Virus record (IMG/VR): IMGVR_UViG_3300030085_002899
Coordinates: 46,540-66,539 of that record
Origin: an uncultured virus (IMG/VR IMGVR_UViG_3300030085_002899)
Lineage: Duplodnaviria; Heunggongvirae; Uroviricota; Caudoviricetes
Length of the DNA stretch: 20,000 nucleotides
Reading direction: 5' to 3' (one strand)
The position numbers and the translations under genes are program-made. Positions within the stretch are counted from its first letter, which is position 1; each line of letters opens with the position of its first letter. The notes beneath the pieces were generated by a model that searched no databases, was not told the origin of the DNA, and saw only the letters and a program-made list of their open reading frames with translations. Below, in pieces: positions 17,402 through 20,000 of the stretch.

Positions 17402-18462
17402 TGAATTATAACAAAGGTTTTAAAAATCCGTATACAAAAAATATAAGTCTATCTCAATTTAATGAGTTGGAAACGACTAAAGACTACATTCGTTTTTATG
17501 AAAACTCACCTACAATTTCTGAAGAAAAAGTAGATGAAAAAGATGCACGTATGATTAATACGGTTGTACCTTCTATGGGTAAAGGTGGTGCATTTATTAA
17601 AAGTGGAATAAAAAAATATAATCCAGGTGGAGAAATAGCACCTATTCCAATGGCAAAAGGCTCATCTGCATTTCTAGCAGGCTCAACTCCAGTTGGTTCT
17701 TATTCAGATGTAGCTGGAAATACTTTTGATATGGGAGATATGGGTGGTTCTGACCCACTAATGAGTGGCTTTACACCAGCAAATGTTATTGGCACTGCTG
17801 TAAGTTTAACTGAAAATATTGTAGAAGCAGCTGAAGCAAAAAAAGAATTTAATAAAAATTTAGAGGACAGTCAAGCTGTAGATAAAAAAAGGTTAAAGGA
17901 TTTAGCTACAGAACAAAGAACAGCGCAAGGAGAAGCTATTGGTGAAGCAGCTGGTACAGCAATAGGAGCTCTTGTAGGTATGCCTGGACTTGGTGGAAAA
18001 GCAGGAAAATTTCTAGGTAATATAGGCTCTAAAATAAAAGGTAAAAAGTTTGGAGAAAAAATAAACCGTAAATTCAAAAAAGAACAAGGAGAGCATTTAG
18101 ACTTTAAAACTGGAGAAGAAATAGCTTCTGTTACAAGAACAATGAGAGAAGATGAATCTGCAGCTAATGAAAAGTATTTAAGTAGTTTAGGTATTCTAAA
18201 ATACGGTGGTAACTTTAATGGAATGGTATATGGTAAGCGACACGAAGATGGTGGTGTGATGATGTACAAAGATGGCGCTCCTATAGCTGAAGTTGAAGGT
18301 GATGAGTATGTTATTAATAATGATATACTAAAAGATAAGCCAGAGTCTAAAAAGAAGTATAGTATATCAGGAACACCTGTACAAATAGCTTCTGCTTTAA
18401 ACTCTATAAATAAATATGGTGTCAACTCACATCCAGGTGGTGTAGTAAAACAAGTATCGTAA
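17401..18462 (+). CDS. Putative ejected cargo / internal virion protein
   Basis: Follows the muzzle via TAATG coupling; glycine-zipper hydrophobic segment GEAIGEAAGTAIGALVGMPGLGG; GKRHEDGGV...AEVEGDE motif. Confidence 0.6.
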   Translation: MNYNKGFKNPYTKNISLSQFNELETTKDYIRFYENSPTISEEKVDEKDARMINTVVPSMGKGGAFIKSGIKKYNPGGEIAPIPMAKGSSAFLAGSTPVGSYSDVAGNTFDMGDMGGSDPLMSGFTPANVIGTAVSLTENIVEAAEAKKEFNKNLEDSQAVDKKRLKDLATEQRTAQGEAIGEAAGTAIGALVGMPGLGGKAGKFLGNIGSKIKGKKFGEKINRKFKKEQGEHLDFKTGEEIASVTRTMREDESAANEKYLSSLGILKYGGNFNGMVYGKRHEDGGVMMYKDGAPIAEVEGDEYVINNDILKDKPESKKKYSISGTPVQIASALNSINKYGVNSHPGGVVKQVS

Positions 18463-19871
18463 TGAATCCAGTAACAAAAAGTGTTAGTCCTGACATAAAT
18501 AAAGATGCGTTTTTAGCGCAAACAGGTATTCAAGAAAAAATAAATTCTATAGCTAACAAATTAGGCGTTAGTGTAGATGAACTACTTTATGCAATTGGTA
18601 AAGAAACAGCTGGTAGCTATAGCTCTTCTCAAAGAAACTTAGGCGACGGTAAAGCAGTAGGTCTAATACAATTTTATCCTGATAAAGACCAGACATATAA
18701 AACTATAGCTGGTAAGAAGTATGAAATATCTGATTTAGAACAAATGAGTGAGTTAGAGCAGCTTGATATAGTTGATGCTTATCTTACACAAAATTTTAAA
18801 AATAAAGGGGGTAAACCAGGAGAGTTGTATGTTTCAATTGCATATCCTTCATTGGTAGGTGCAAGTCCAGAAACAGAATTAACTCCTGAACAATATGCAA
18901 TTGTATCTGAACAAAATCCTGGATGGGTTAAAAACGGCAAAATAACGAAAGCCTCAATATCAAGTTTTGGAAGTAAACCTGAGTATTCAGATAATTTATC
19001 ATTTAGTATAGAAAACTTAAACCCTGCTCAAAAAGATTTATACAACAAACTTAAAAAAAGTATTGATGCTTCTGGTTTTCCTGCAAAAAGGCGAAACGAA
19101 CTTGCTGAAGCAGCGTATCAAAAAGCTTTAAATTTAGATTCAAGAAATTTACAAAATGTAAAAGAATCAGAAAAGTATACTATACAAAATTTAATATCAG
19201 AAGTAAATAAAAAAGGTTTTGCAGATGATAAAAAAGCTCTTGAATCTTATATTAATGACCCTAGTATTTCTACAGAAAAAAGACTTGAAGCAGAGAATAT
19301 TTTAAAAATGTATGAATCAGGAAGGCAAAAAGTTATTCCTGGTAAGTTGGATAATCCAGCTAGAATGCAAGAAGGGTTTGACCAAATAGAAAAATACGAA
19401 AGTGAGATACGTAGATTTGCAAATGAAAATATAAATATCTCTGAAGAACCTGTAGTTAAAAAACAAGTAGTTGAAACACCTACAAAGGTAGAAGAACCTG
19501 AAGAAAAAGTAGAGCCTACAACGTCAGAAAATAAACTAGTAGATTCTATTACTACTGAAGGCTTGCTATATGACGGTCAAGGAAGTGAAATAGATTTGTC
19601 TAGCCTTCCTAGCGAAGTTCCTCTAACCGAAGTTCCTCTAACCGAAGAACCTAAAAATACAGGCCTAAAAAATACTATAGAAAAAATTAAAAATTCTGCA
19701 GACGAAGCGTTTTTTGCATTATCAGCAGGTGCTGGTATTATGGGGCAACTTCTACCGGGCGGTGCAGGCACACAAGTAGTAGCACCATTTGCACAAACTA
19801 ATCCATATGCACAAGCGGCAGGACTTCTTGCTACAGGGGCAGGTGGGCTAGGAGCATTGATAGGTAATTAA
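18462..19871 (+). CDS. Putative internal virion protein with N-terminal lytic transglycosylase (lysozyme-like) domain
   Basis: LLYAIGKETAG (candidate catalytic E48), RN...AVGLIQF, LEQMSELEQLDIVDAYL and LYVSIAYP form an SLT-like pattern; acidic Pro-rich linker; Gly/Ala-rich hydrophobic C-terminus. Confidence 0.7.
   Translation: MNPVTKSVSPDINKDAFLAQTGIQEKINSIANKLGVSVDELLYAIGKETAGSYSSSQRNLGDGKAVGLIQFYPDKDQTYKTIAGKKYEISDLEQMSELEQLDIVDAYLTQNFKNKGGKPGELYVSIAYPSLVGASPETELTPEQYAIVSEQNPGWVKNGKITKASISSFGSKPEYSDNLSFSIENLNPAQKDLYNKLKKSIDASGFPAKRRNELAEAAYQKALNLDSRNLQNVKESEKYTIQNLISEVNKKGFADDKKALESYINDPSISTEKRLEAENILKMYESGRQKVIPGKLDNPARMQEGFDQIEKYESEIRRFANENINISEEPVVKKQVVETPTKVEEPEEKVEPTTSENKLVDSITTEGLLYDGQGSEIDLSSLPSEVPLTEVPLTEEPKNTGLKNTIEKIKNSADEAFFALSAGAGIMGQLLPGGAGTQVVAPFAQTNPYAQAAGLLATGAGGLGALIGN
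19613..19647 (+). repeat. 15-bp in-frame tandem repeat CGAAGTTCCTCTAAC x2.3 (EVPLT EVPLT)
   Basis: Read directly; copies are identical. Confidence 0.9.
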
Positions 19872-20000
19872 TGTCAGTCTTTAATCGTAAACTATTTAAT
19901 AATCAGTTGTATCAATCTAAAGGCACAGGAATTACTACGGGTTTAGATGCTGAAGATAACAGACTTAATCAACTTTTTGAACAACAACAAAAAATATTAC
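19871..20000 (+). CDS. Partial CDS, probable internal virion protein (MSVFNRKLFNNQLYQSKGTGITTGLDAEDNRLNQLFEQQQKIL...)
   Basis: ATG coupled to the previous stop (TAATG); open to the window edge; not in the ORF track. Confidence 0.7.
   Translation, partial: MSVFNRKLFNNQLYQSKGTGITTGLDAEDNRLNQLFEQQQKIL

Noticed and set aside
756..19771. Nested or antisense ORFs (756-974, 2615-2881, 3617-3847, 3955-4143, 5316-5564, 6766-6969, 7425-7616, 9225-9506, 10867-11103, 14570-14797, 17871-18425, 19577-19771)
   Set aside because: They overlap well-supported genes and are explained as shadows of codon bias; none has independent expression signals.
1268..19871. Stop-codon reassignment (TAG to Gln or TGA to Trp), known in some Crassvirales
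   Set aside because: All long genes are intact in code 11. The TAG at 1689-1691 falls at the same position as the paralogue's TAA, and the TAG at 273-275 directly precedes a terminator.
1..20000. tRNA, rRNA, integrase, transposase, DGR or defence genes
   Set aside because: No cloverleaf, reverse transcriptase, recombinase or TR/VR repeat pair seen; the + strand is almost fully occupied by virion genes.

Overview
The window is phage DNA: the complete core virion-morphogenesis module of a crAss-like (Crassvirales-related) podophage, almost certainly infecting Bacteroidota (TAnnTTTG promoter elements, A-rich leaders with no Shine-Dalgarno). On the + strand the order is: two small basic paralogues, an orphan, a putative small terminase, TerL, portal, an acidic scaffold-like protein, major capsid protein, a putative decoration protein, crAss gene-75/74/73-like proteins, an IHF-like protein, tail tubular (ring) protein, tail stabilisation/muzzle protein, and then putative ejected cargo proteins, one with a lytic-transglycosylase-like domain. 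The first ~1.2 kb is a divergent, more GC-rich segment with one minus-strand gene (possibly an SSB), flanked by five copies of a near-palindromic CTACT-N-AGTAG motif. The standard genetic code is used, and GATC appears to be avoided. The last ~260 bp resemble a different phage lineage and may mark a recombination or assembly junction. All family assignments come from remembered motifs and gene order; no searches were run.
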